Numbered from the stretch's first letter, positions 40,311 through 50,414 are shown. The stretch: 64,000 nt of DNA from Candidatus Hodarchaeota archaeon (GCA_048887225.1 JBHLJY010000011.1:13326-77325); one strand, 5' to 3'. Program-made: numbers and translations. Notes: generated by a model from the sequence alone, not told the origin.

Positions 40311-41125
40311 AAATTGCTTGTATCCAACCAAAAATCCATCAAAATATAAATAATTGCTATTCTGAGATAGAAAATTTATTAAAGAGATTAATAGATATAG
40401 TCTCCAAAATTGATATTATATGTTTACCAGAAAGATGGATTCCTCTTTTAAATGATGTTTCTCAAAATATTCAAAAAGAAAGAGGTGAAAGTTATGAATT
40501 TGTTAAAAATTTAGCAGGTGAGTATCAAACAAATATTATTTCAGGAGGTATTTGGGAGAAAAGAAAAAATTCAAGAAAACCATATATTAGTTCTTATTTC
40601 TTTAACGAAGATGGTGAAGAGATTGGTCGACAAGATAAAATTCATCTCTATAGCTACGAGAAAGAACAATTCGAACCGGGAAATGAACTCAATTTATTTG
40701 TTTTAAATGACTTTTTTTTTGCAATATTAATTTGTTTTGATATGGCTTTTTTTGAAACTCCTCGACTTGCTGTCGAGCATGGCGCTGATGTTTTATTTTC
40801 ACCTACTCAAATAAGGGAAGAAGGAATGTATAACTGGAATGTATATTTACAGGCCCGTGCCCTCGAAAATAGGATTCCTGTTGTAGCTTGTAATTCTGTT
40901 GGAAATTTATTTAAAAGAAAATTTCTTGGAAATAGTAAAATTATTTCATTTGTTAAAGATTTCATCTCTCCATCAAAATTAAAAGTAGTGGAAGGCCCAA
41001 AGGATAGTGGTTTTGTTTTTGACGATATAGATTTAATCTATCCAAGAAAACTAAGAAAAATCCGCTTAAATGAAAGAATAGAAAAAAATAAAATTAATGT
41101 TAAAGTACATAATAAAAAAAATTAG
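40307..41125 (+). CDS. Carbon-nitrogen hydrolase (nitrilase superfamily)
   Basis: E-K-C triad: LPE, DKIHL, ICFD; ARA.EN; overlaps the HAD stop (ATGA). Confidence 0.92.
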   Translation: MKIACIQPKIHQNINNCYSEIENLLKRLIDIVSKIDIICLPERWIPLLNDVSQNIQKERGESYEFVKNLAGEYQTNIISGGIWEKRKNSRKPYISSYFFNEDGEEIGRQDKIHLYSYEKEQFEPGNELNLFVLNDFFFAILICFDMAFFETPRLAVEHGADVLFSPTQIREEGMYNWNVYLQARALENRIPVVACNSVGNLFKRKFLGNSKIISFVKDFISPSKLKVVEGPKDSGFVFDDIDLIYPRKLRKIRLNERIEKNKINVKVHNKKN

Positions 41126-41318
41126 AAATAGAAGCAGAACAGTTATTTTTGCAGATTTTATTTTTGAGAAAACACAATTCCATTTTAATTTTTTTTTATA
41201 ATTAGGTTAAAAATCGCTTAATTCGAAGGATTTGAAAAAATATTTTAAGTGTAAAATTACTCTTTATTTTTGATAACATACTAAATATATAATTAAGTTT
41301 CAGAGAAAAAGAAATTTT

Positions 41319-43679
41319 TTAACTTAAAGGTTGGAATACCTTTTTCTTAACTAGTTTAAGGATTATTTCTGCTTTTTTAGCATTAAATTCCCTTTCAGGC
41401 ATTAAAGATGCGACGTAGAAATGATTAGTATTCTTTTGTTTCATAATATCTAATACTTCTTTTACAAGGATTCTTTCTTGAATATCAAGTTTAATATCTT
41501 CCGACCTAACTGCTTTTAAAGGGTAGACTAAAGATGTGTTTAAATGATCTTCGATTAAATCCCTTATACCTTCAAATTGAGTTATTTCACCGTCAAAATC
41601 TCCAAGCGATTTACCGTAATATCTATCAATATCATAAGATAATGGGTTAAGTGCATTATAAAAGTCGCTTGATGGATTTTCTTTCATAATATTAATTATC
41701 CTGAAATTTTTAAATTCTGACATTAAAATCTTCATATTCTGATATTCTAATTTTATCGTTTGAGAATATTCATCGGAGCCTGAAAGCTCTAATCCAAAGT
41801 TGCGAATTGCTTCTAAAAATCCTGAGACTAATGTCACCTCAACTTTTTTGCCTGCTAGAACTTGTTCATATACATTTATTCCAGATTTTTTTTCAGCAAT
41901 AATAATATAATCAAGATTTAAAACATCATTATATTTGTTAAAAATTCTCTGTCTATATTCCGCTTTACTCCTCTTAATCTTCCTAACCACTTGATAGGAA
42001 GTTAGACCAGCAATTGAACTTAGTATTATAATAAGAACTATTACAAATATTAATTGTGGATCAATACCAGTAACAACAGTATCACTATCATCATTATCAT
42101 TATCTGAAGATTTAATAATTATAATCTCTTGAGTTTGAATTCCAGTGTCAGTTTCATTATTCCAGCAAACATAGGCAATCCATGTACCTGTATGCGGATT
42201 TGATGAAATCATATACGAGAAAATATTTTGATATGGAGGTGTTTCTGCTGTATCATTATATTCTTCATAACCTAATGCATCGATTAAGACGTATGTAAGA
42301 TTGCCGGTCAAACCAGGAGTGTTAACAGTAAATATTAAATTTTGGTTTGCTTCAAAGGTAGTCTTAGGAACTTCTAAAGTAAAACCTACATTTGGAGAAT
42401 TAGCAGTAATTTTCCATATAGAATTTAGTGAAATACAATTGTTAAGTATATATAATGTATTTCCAATATCCTTGATATCAGGATCTGATGTAATATTTAC
42501 ATTATCTCTCCATACTGTCAGATTATACCAACTTTTTGGATATCCAAATTTAACAGAATTATTAATAAAATGTGCTTTAATGTCAGGAGTTAGAGTCCAT
42601 GAATTATTTAAGTTTTCTTTAATTAAGACAAATCCATCCGAAGACATGAAATTTCTCAAGTAAATATGATAGCTTAGGTTTACTAATAATTCGATGGATT
42701 GGTTGTGTTTTATTGGTATATGCAAAATTTCATTATTTGGAGAAAAATCAAGATCTTGTATGCTCACATTTCCTGTGTAAGGCTTTAATCCATTGCTAAC
42801 TGTATAATTGTTACTGTCAATTTCCACAGCCATATTTATCTCTACTGGATTATAGGACTTATTTACTCTTTGAACTAATTTATATAGATGAGTTTTTTCA
42901 ATCCCCTCGTCAGACCATGATGAGCCATCATGTTGTGCTATACGTAAATTTGGATTTAACCATCCATGAGCACTCTTTTCATTGTTCCACCAATAATAAA
43001 CTGTATTATCAAATTCAGTTAAAGCTGATCCATTAATTACTAATGAATAATATCCTTTTGAAAGATTTACTGGATTCGAAAATGTTTGAAGATGCCACAT
43101 TTCAGTTGTATTCATATTTATTATTTCAGATGCATACACAGTTTCATTTGGAATATTGTCAGGAATTTCATCATAACCTCTTAATTGGAATAGAACTTTA
43201 TTGGTTGGATCATTTTCTCTATTGCCATAAATATACGCCCCAAAAATAGTTATTGGTTCTGTAATATTAACTTGTACGCTTAGAGCTTTTTGCTCGTCCC
43301 AGCCTACTAATTTTCTACGGTCCGGGTAATCTTCAATTGTTATTATTTGCCGACCTAATTTCACACTAGTAAAATTCAACTCTATATCTGTAATATTCCA
43401 AGTAGATGATGGTAGATTTATGTTAAACGAACCAACATTCTTTTGAATGCCAATATCATCTGAAGATTCTAACATTTGAAAGCTTGATGATATATTTAAA
43501 GATTCATCAATATATTGAGGAGCAGAAAGCTTAAGTGCTTGGTCTTTAAAACGAGATTGAGAAGGAGAATTAATTGTATTTTGAGATTGAATTGGGGAAA
43601 AAATAAATGAATTTAATAACACCAAAAGGAAACTTGATAAAATTAATATACATGTTATATAAATTCCTTTTTTTCTCAC
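41319..43679 (-). CDS. Receptor-like membrane protein: beta-rich ectodomain, TM, cytoplasmic longin-like domain
   Basis: N-terminal signal/TM; ~500 aa N/S/T-rich with many NxS/T; TM IFVIVLIIILSSIAGL; then IIIAEKKSGIN.Y...LVSGFL.AI.NFG.E. Confidence 0.75.
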   Translation of the reverse strand: MRKKGIYITCILILSSFLLVLLNSFIFSPIQSQNTINSPSQSRFKDQALKLSAPQYIDESLNISSSFQMLESSDDIGIQKNVGSFNINLPSSTWNITDIELNFTSVKLGRQIITIEDYPDRRKLVGWDEQKALSVQVNITEPITIFGAYIYGNRENDPTNKVLFQLRGYDEIPDNIPNETVYASEIINMNTTEMWHLQTFSNPVNLSKGYYSLVINGSALTEFDNTVYYWWNNEKSAHGWLNPNLRIAQHDGSSWSDEGIEKTHLYKLVQRVNKSYNPVEINMAVEIDSNNYTVSNGLKPYTGNVSIQDLDFSPNNEILHIPIKHNQSIELLVNLSYHIYLRNFMSSDGFVLIKENLNNSWTLTPDIKAHFINNSVKFGYPKSWYNLTVWRDNVNITSDPDIKDIGNTLYILNNCISLNSIWKITANSPNVGFTLEVPKTTFEANQNLIFTVNTPGLTGNLTYVLIDALGYEEYNDTAETPPYQNIFSYMISSNPHTGTWIAYVCWNNETDTGIQTQEIIIIKSSDNDNDDSDTVVTGIDPQLIFVIVLIIILSSIAGLTSYQVVRKIKRSKAEYRQRIFNKYNDVLNLDYIIIAEKKSGINVYEQVLAGKKVEVTLVSGFLEAIRNFGLELSGSDEYSQTIKLEYQNMKILMSEFKNFRIINIMKENPSSDFYNALNPLSYDIDRYYGKSLGDFDGEITQFEGIRDLIEDHLNTSLVYPLKAVRSEDIKLDIQERILVKEVLDIMKQKNTNHFYVASLMPEREFNAKKAEIILKLVKKKVFQPLS

Positions 43680-44017
43680 TTTTTACCTCAAATCCCCTTA
43701 CGTATTTATTTATATATTTAATAATATATTATCTACAAAATAGTAATTTTAATTCGGGTTTTTAAAATTTTAGCCTTCTTTATATTCAATAATTTTATAA
43801 AAAATGGTGTCTTATAAGTCTATAACAAATAATAATTGAAAGCTTATACACATTAAATTAATTAATTGCTCTGAATTATTATATTTATTATTCGGTTAAA
43901 ATTATTAAAAAATAGCTTAAAAACTCGATTTTCAAATAAAAAATATTTGAAAAAATAATGAATACATGTTAGATTTTTATTTTTGATAATGAATATAGTG
44001 GATAGGGAGAATTAAAT

Positions 44018-47000
44018 TTGACTTATATTAAAAAAATTAGCATGTCAGGTTTCAAATCCTTTGGAGATCGAACGGTAACAGTTAAGCTTTCAAGCGGCTT
44101 TACTTGTATTGTTGGGCCTAATGGTGCTGGAAAGTCTAATATCATTGATGCGTTATGCTTTGCATTAGGAAGATTAAGCAAGAAGACAATGAGAGCAAAA
44201 TCCCTAGAAGATCTTATTTTTGCGGGTTCAAAAGGTAAAAATCCTGCTAATAGGGCTATGGTTACTTTGCACTTTGATAACTCTGAAAGCGTATTTCCGG
44301 GTGGCGCAAACGGAGATTTTACTATTAGTCGAACTATAAAGAGAGGCGGGGGGGGTGGTTATAAAATGAATGGTAAAAAAGCCACTCGACAACAAATTCT
44401 TAATGCCCTAGCTACAGCTAATATAGATCCTGATGGAACTAACCAATTTGTCCTTCAAGGTAAGATAGTCGAATTAACTCATATGAACTCTGAGGATCGC
44501 AGAAGATTTATTGAAGAACTTATTGGGCTTCAAAAATACGATGAAATGAAAGATGCAACACTAAAGGAACTTGAAAAAGCAGAGCGAGATCTTGGCCAAT
44601 TTGAGGCAATCTTCAATGAAGTATCTGCTCAATTAAGAAAAGTTGAAAAGGAAAAAAATGACGCGCTTGCATGGCGTGAACTAGATGATCAAATAAGTCA
44701 TTATAACGCTCAATTAATCTCTTTGAAAATTTCAAAATTACAAAAAGAAGAAGAAGAATTAGATAAAAAAATCGAAGAATCTGGTAAAGTCATTGAAGAA
44801 TTACAAGAAAAAATAGTTAGACAAGAGGATATTCTGAAACAAGAAACCCTCGTTATGGAAAATATCCAAAAAACTATAACTGAAAAAGAAAAAGAAAGAG
44901 AAGAAATAAACGAAGGTATTACGCAATTAAAGACGCAGTTATCTTCTAATCAAACTACTTTAGATTTAGCTGAAAAATCAATTGAAAAATTAAGACTAGA
45001 AAAGGAAAATTTAGAAAACTTACTAATGACTCTTGAAGAGGGTCAGAATTTTGATTCTCAAATTAAAATTGTAACTATAGAAATCTCTGAAAAAGAAGCA
45101 CAAATAGAAAATGCAAAACAAGATATTGAAAAAAGGCAGCAAAACCAAGCTGAACTAGATATTAAAATTAATAATAGTGAAGATGAAAAATCTAATTTTA
45201 AATTAGAAATTTCGAAAGTTAAACAACAAATCTCATCAAACAAGGCACAAATTAAACTTCTTCGAGAAAATATAAAAAAAAATAAAGATAAGAAAAAGAA
45301 TTTAGAGGCAGAATTAAATAGATTAAAGGGAGAGGCTGAGAGTGTAGAAGATGCTGTTGAAGCGACAAGAAAAATTGAAAGCGAGATTAGAAAAAGAATT
45401 GAAGACTTAAAAAATAAAATTTCTGAAGAAAATAAGAGACAAATGAATTTAGAAAACTCAGTTAGTTCTACACTAAAAGTGAAAAGTGATTTAAATTCAA
45501 AATTATCTGGTTTACAAGCAACATTATCGTCTCTTAATACAGAAATTAAAATGAAAAAAGAGACTATTGCGGAGTTGAATACGAAAAAAGCAGACATTGG
45601 AAAAAAAATTAAAGAATTAAGTAAAGGTAAAGAAACGGAAGAAATTATAAAAGAACTCATAAAAGAAAAAGAAAATAATATTAAAAAAATTACTAACTTA
45701 AAGGCTAAATCCAAAAACGAGGATTCAATTTATCGCGAGAACGAACAAAATTTTGAATTATTAAAATTGAAACAAAACTCTATTGAAACTGAAATTATTG
45801 ATAATAAAGGAAAAATTTCAAACATCAATACCGAACTAAAAATATTTAAAAAAGAATTAATGAACTTAGAGCGTGAAAAACGAAATTTAGACTTAATTAT
45901 TAATGATTTGAACGCTAATATCTCAAAAACAGGAAAAGAAATAAAAAACTTCAATATAAAAAAAGAAAATATCCAAAGACGGCTAAATGAACTCTCTAAA
46001 GAGAAGGAAACTTTATTGAACAGGATTGAAAATACAGAAGAAGAATATGAGAAAAATAAAGAGGATATCACAGGAATTCTACAAATCCTAAATATGCTTA
46101 CTCAAAATATCGATGTGTCTGTAGAATCTATTAAGGGCTCTATACAACAATCAAATACCGAAGCGATTAATACATCTGCGGAAGATTTTAGAAAATTCGT
46201 ATTAGACATTGTTGATATAATGAAAACTCTAGAGAGCGTAGGTGGTGACGCAGATGAAATATCTGAAATGACAGATATGCTTAATTCTATAGTTCAAACA
46301 TTAGGGATTTTTACTGAAAATGCTGATGCTACAATTGAACAACTTATTAATAAAGTAAAGGACTCAGCTGATATTGCAGTACAAAGTTCTACATCAGATT
46401 TTGATAGTTTTGTTCAAGACTTAACATATATCCTTGAAAATGTACATTTGTCTTTAAGAAAATTAACTTTATCTAAAAGTCAAGAGCTTTATAAACAGTT
46501 AGAAGAAATTTCAAATAATATCAAATCTCAAGATGATGACTTAAATGATATTGAGAGAAAACTAACAATAGTGAGTAGTCAAAATAAACATGATTCAGAA
46601 AAACTCTCAGCATCAAAACGAAGGCTTGAGGAAGTTCACAAAAGAATGAAAGATTTAAACTTAAAAGAAGAAAAATATAAGAAAGAAATAGAGGAAAGGA
46701 ATAAGAAAATAAAAGAAAGACAAAGTAATTATGATGATTTAAATAATGAAATAAATAAATTAAAGGAAATAAAAGATAGATACTGGGATAATATTTCTGA
46801 AATTCAAAATGAGAGTGATAGAATCCAAATTGAATTAAACAATAATCAAGAAAAACTTCAAGAACTAGAAGGAATTCAAACTTTATTTGAAAATATAGCA
46901 GATATTGACAATATAATGCTTGAATTGAATAATACTATAGAAGAAAAGAAAAAACTAATAATCGATACTGGAACGAAAATTAATAAGGTACAACAAGAAG

Positions 47001-48475
47001 CAGAATCTTTACAGAAAAAGATAGAAACTTTAACCAGCGACAAAGAGAAATTTTGGGAAACAACTGAGGATATACAGATCAAAATAGATGAAGAAAATAA
47101 AAAATTAGAAGAAACAATAGATGTTCTAAGAGGTCTCGATAATATAATGAGAATTATCCATTCAATTGAAGAATTAAAAAAAGAAAACGTAGAAGCAAAT
47201 AAAAACATTGAACTAAGCAAAAAAAAGATGGATAACTATAATTCTGAAGTTGATAAAATCCAAAAAAATGTTGAAGATAAACAAAGAGTAATAGATACAT
47301 TAAGAGATGAAAAGGCTGCAGAATTAGAAGAGCAAAAGAAAGCTCAAAATAAATTAAATAAGTTAAATAAAAATTTACAGAAAACTCAAGCTAAATTAAA
47401 TGAATTATATAAAAATAAAGAAAGAGAACAACAAATAATCAAAATTGGAGAGAATATCAAAGAGACAGAAAAACAAACAGAAGTTTTAGTAAAAAAAATT
47501 GGAAAACTTGATGAAAATTTAGAAAACGAAATCAAGAAAAAAGATGCAAAACAGGCGGAAATAGATGAATTTATTAAAGAAAAAGATGAATCTTGGAAAA
47601 AGCAAAAACAATATCAAAATATAATTACTGATCTTAAGTCAGATCTTTCAATGGAGAATTCTAAAATAAACAATTTTGAATCTAAAAAATTTATTTGTAT
47701 TGATCAGATTGAAACTTTATATGAGAGATCAAAAGATTATGGTACTCTACCTCCAGTAACTGATGAGATCACGGAAGAGGGCCTACAATCGGATATTGAA
47801 ATTGCTACAAAAAAGAAAAAAGCACTTGAGCCCGTCAATTTAAAAGCTATTGAACAATACGATGTTGTTAAAGAAAGATTTGATGAAATAGATATGCGAA
47901 GACAAACAATTCAAAGAGAAAGAAAGGCAATTCTTGACTCAATTGATAAAATTGAATTAGAAAAAACACGTACCTTTATGAAAGCTTATCACGAAATTAA
48001 TCGTGAGTTTTCACGGATTTTCCAGAAACTTTCTCCTGGTGGTTCAGCAAAAATGATTCTGGATAGACCTGATAAACCCTTTGAAGGCGGAATTAGCATT
48101 GAGGCAAGACCAAGGGGTAAAAAGATTAGTTCCCTAGAAATTTTAAGTGGAGGTGAAAAAACATTAGTAGCATTATCATTTATTTTTGCTGTTCAAGAAT
48201 TTTATCCTGCTCCGTTTTACATTTTAGATGAGATTGATGCCGCATTAGACGGTCCAAATGTTCATCGCGTTAGTATGGTGCTCAAAGAATTCTCAAGCCA
48301 AGCTCAATTTTTAGTGATTAGCCATCGAGAAGAAAATATTGTTAATGCAGATAGAATTTATGGAGTTTCGATGCCGCAAAGCGGAATCACTGATATATTT
48401 AGTGTCGATTTAGAAGAAGAAGCAAAAAGACTTCTTGAACTTGAAGATGTCGTGCCTGAAGTTGGAGAGGGCTAA
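44018..48475 (+). CDS. smc: SMC chromosome segregation ATPase, atypical (long arms, no canonical hinge)
   Basis: GFKSF, GPNGAGKSN, Q-loop VLQG, PVNLKA, LSGGEK, YILDEIDAALD, ISH; TTG start with GGGAGA upstream. Confidence 0.93.
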   Translation: MTYIKKISMSGFKSFGDRTVTVKLSSGFTCIVGPNGAGKSNIIDALCFALGRLSKKTMRAKSLEDLIFAGSKGKNPANRAMVTLHFDNSESVFPGGANGDFTISRTIKRGGGGGYKMNGKKATRQQILNALATANIDPDGTNQFVLQGKIVELTHMNSEDRRRFIEELIGLQKYDEMKDATLKELEKAERDLGQFEAIFNEVSAQLRKVEKEKNDALAWRELDDQISHYNAQLISLKISKLQKEEEELDKKIEESGKVIEELQEKIVRQEDILKQETLVMENIQKTITEKEKEREEINEGITQLKTQLSSNQTTLDLAEKSIEKLRLEKENLENLLMTLEEGQNFDSQIKIVTIEISEKEAQIENAKQDIEKRQQNQAELDIKINNSEDEKSNFKLEISKVKQQISSNKAQIKLLRENIKKNKDKKKNLEAELNRLKGEAESVEDAVEATRKIESEIRKRIEDLKNKISEENKRQMNLENSVSSTLKVKSDLNSKLSGLQATLSSLNTEIKMKKETIAELNTKKADIGKKIKELSKGKETEEIIKELIKEKENNIKKITNLKAKSKNEDSIYRENEQNFELLKLKQNSIETEIIDNKGKISNINTELKIFKKELMNLEREKRNLDLIINDLNANISKTGKEIKNFNIKKENIQRRLNELSKEKETLLNRIENTEEEYEKNKEDITGILQILNMLTQNIDVSVESIKGSIQQSNTEAINTSAEDFRKFVLDIVDIMKTLESVGGDADEISEMTDMLNSIVQTLGIFTENADATIEQLINKVKDSADIAVQSSTSDFDSFVQDLTYILENVHLSLRKLTLSKSQELYKQLEEISNNIKSQDDDLNDIERKLTIVSSQNKHDSEKLSASKRRLEEVHKRMKDLNLKEEKYKKEIEERNKKIKERQSNYDDLNNEINKLKEIKDRYWDNISEIQNESDRIQIELNNNQEKLQELEGIQTLFENIADIDNIMLELNNTIEEKKKLIIDTGTKINKVQQEAESLQKKIETLTSDKEKFWETTEDIQIKIDEENKKLEETIDVLRGLDNIMRIIHSIEELKKENVEANKNIELSKKKMDNYNSEVDKIQKNVEDKQRVIDTLRDEKAAELEEQKKAQNKLNKLNKNLQKTQAKLNELYKNKEREQQIIKIGENIKETEKQTEVLVKKIGKLDENLENEIKKKDAKQAEIDEFIKEKDESWKKQKQYQNIITDLKSDLSMENSKINNFESKKFICIDQIETLYERSKDYGTLPPVTDEITEEGLQSDIEIATKKKKALEPVNLKAIEQYDVVKERFDEIDMRRQTIQRERKAILDSIDKIELEKTRTFMKAYHEINREFSRIFQKLSPGGSAKMILDRPDKPFEGGISIEARPRGKKISSLEILSGGEKTLVALSFIFAVQEFYPAPFYILDEIDAALDGPNVHRVSMVLKEFSSQAQFLVISHREENIVNADRIYGVSMPQSGITDIFSVDLEEEAKRLLELEDVVPEVGEG

Positions 48476-48493
48476 TATTAAATCTTCAAAGAG

Positions 48494-49498
48494 GTGTTAA
48501 TAATTTCAGATGAGAAAAGTTCTATGAAAGATATCGATTTTTACAAATGGACAGTAAAGGAATTAAAAGAATTTTGTAGTAAGAATAATATAAAAATACC
48601 CGCAAAGTCTAGAAAAAAAGATATCGTAGAACTTATTCAAAATATAGTATCACATCCTGATTTTATTGATAGATCACAAGAAGAAATGTTAGAAGAAGAA
48701 ATAGTTGCGGAATTTGTTGATGAAGATCTTGCGTTATTAAGAAAAGAGAAAATGGATTTAAAATTTTGGCAAAAACCTCCCTATTCTTCATTATTGGATC
48801 TTGAATTAGCTAAAGATTCTGAACTAGTATTTTATGATTTAGCTAACTTGATTGAAAAATTCTTTTCTAAAATGCTTCAAGAAGATTTAATTAATTATAA
48901 AATTTCAGGAATTGCACTAAAATCAGCAGCATCTTTACATCATTATAAAATTTCTAGCATAATAAAAGAAGAAGAACAGATTCAAAAAATGGAGGAACTA
49001 GAAAAATTAAGGGCTAGACATTCAAGAACGATTCCTAAATCATTACCGCAACCTACAAAACCTAAAATGCAATTAGCCACAAAAGAAGAATTATTTGATG
49101 CAATGAGAGCTGCAATCATTGAAACTATGCAAAACAAAGAAAAATTGAAACGTCGACGGTTGCACAGAGAAGAAGAAAAACAGAAAAGATTACAAATGAA
49201 GTCAAAAGCAAAATTACCTAAAGAACTCTTAAAACACATTAGCGGAAAAGAACAATCTATAGAAGAATTACATGAAAGCTGGTTTAATAGAATAAAAGGA
49301 ACAATTAATCTTAACAATGTGGATACGAGTTTTTTTGATCTTCTCAAGATAATAAAAAGCGACGAAAAAAGTCGCATTGGCAGGAAGTTTGCTCTTGTAA
49401 GATTGTTCTTAGCCCTAATGTTCTTGAGTACTAATAATAAAATTGAGTTATTTCAAGATGATGAATTTAAAGATGTTTCAATTAGTCTTAAAAAATAA
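48494..49498 (+). CDS. scpA: Kleisin ScpA with N-terminal HeH/SAP-like domain
   Basis: DL..LIEKF.......NY..SG.AL..AA.L..YK N-kleisin segment and FLAL.FL....I.L.Q...F.D C-terminal wHTH; lies between smc and scpB. Confidence 0.85.
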   Translation: MLIISDEKSSMKDIDFYKWTVKELKEFCSKNNIKIPAKSRKKDIVELIQNIVSHPDFIDRSQEEMLEEEIVAEFVDEDLALLRKEKMDLKFWQKPPYSSLLDLELAKDSELVFYDLANLIEKFFSKMLQEDLINYKISGIALKSAASLHHYKISSIIKEEEQIQKMEELEKLRARHSRTIPKSLPQPTKPKMQLATKEELFDAMRAAIIETMQNKEKLKRRRLHREEEKQKRLQMKSKAKLPKELLKHISGKEQSIEELHESWFNRIKGTINLNNVDTSFFDLLKIIKSDEKSRIGRKFALVRLFLALMFLSTNNKIELFQDDEFKDVSISLKK

Positions 49499-49531
49499 AA
49501 AATTTCAACTTAAAAATCTTGGAGATGTAAT

Positions 49532-50407
49532 TTGAATAATTTTAATGAAGATTTAGATGAGAATTCTAAAGAAGATAATGAAGATCATTTAGATCAGGAG
49601 TCAAAAGAAGAATCAAATGATCTTTCAAATGAAGAAATTGATGAAATTCCCAAGATTCAATCTCAAGGAAGCGCTACTAAAGGTACTAGTGAAGAAATTA
49701 TTGACGATATAATTTCAAAAAGCGAGATCGATGCTCAAATAGGATTTTCTTCGAAGTCTGATCTTTCTGAAGAAGATATGTTAGTAAGACAATTAAGGGA
49801 TTTTCATCGAAATCAAATTGAAGCTTCTCTTTATGTAGCAGGCAGACCATTGAGTATTGAAGAATTATCAACTAAACTCGAAATTAAAAAAAAAGAAGTT
49901 GAAGAATTAATCAATGAAATTGCTTTCGATTATTTAGATCGTTCAACTGCCCTGGTAATTGCTCAAATAGGAGATAGCTACCAAATGCAAATTAAACCTG
50001 AATATGCAGAAAAAGTCTCAAAATTAGCTAAAGGTGGTGCTATAGCAGAGAGGTACTTAAGAACATTAACTATTATCGCTTTGAAACAACCTATTTTGAA
50101 ATCTTTAGTTGTGAAAATAAGAGGAAGCGGAGCTTATGAGCATATCAAATATCTTCAGGATAACGGTCTAATCGCTGCGGTGAAAAAAGGAAGAACACAC
50201 GAGTTAACTACAACGGATAAATATTCTGAAATGTTTGGATTACCAAAAGATATAGAAGAACTGAAAAGAGTAATGATCTCGCAATTAGGTCTTGATGAAG
50301 TAGAATCTGGAGATGAAATTTCTTATGAAATTGAAGTACCTGCCGAAGATAATGTATTTTCTGAAGATGAAGAATCATCTGAAAATGAAGAAAATACTCA
50401 AGAATAA
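49532..50407 (+). CDS. scpB: KITE subunit ScpB with acidic N- and C-terminal extensions
   Basis: IEA.LY....PLS, Y.MQ.K.EY, TL.IIA.KQPI, IRG, TT..Y...FGL. Confidence 0.92.
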   Translation: MNNFNEDLDENSKEDNEDHLDQESKEESNDLSNEEIDEIPKIQSQGSATKGTSEEIIDDIISKSEIDAQIGFSSKSDLSEEDMLVRQLRDFHRNQIEASLYVAGRPLSIEELSTKLEIKKKEVEELINEIAFDYLDRSTALVIAQIGDSYQMQIKPEYAEKVSKLAKGGAIAERYLRTLTIIALKQPILKSLVVKIRGSGAYEHIKYLQDNGLIAAVKKGRTHELTTTDKYSEMFGLPKDIEELKRVMISQLGLDEVESGDEISYEIEVPAEDNVFSEDEESSENEENTQE

Positions 50408-50414
50408 TTTGGTC

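Noticed and set aside
43680-44017. Replication origin in the AT-rich spacer before smc
   Set aside because: No ORB-like G-string repeats or cdc6 gene; consistent with an ordinary divergent promoter region.
44018-48475. Rad50/SbcC or Wadjet JetC identity for the SMC-like protein
   Set aside because: No CxxC hook and no mre11 or jetD neighbour; head motifs (PVNLKA, DEIDAALD) and adjacent scpA/scpB are those of true SMC.
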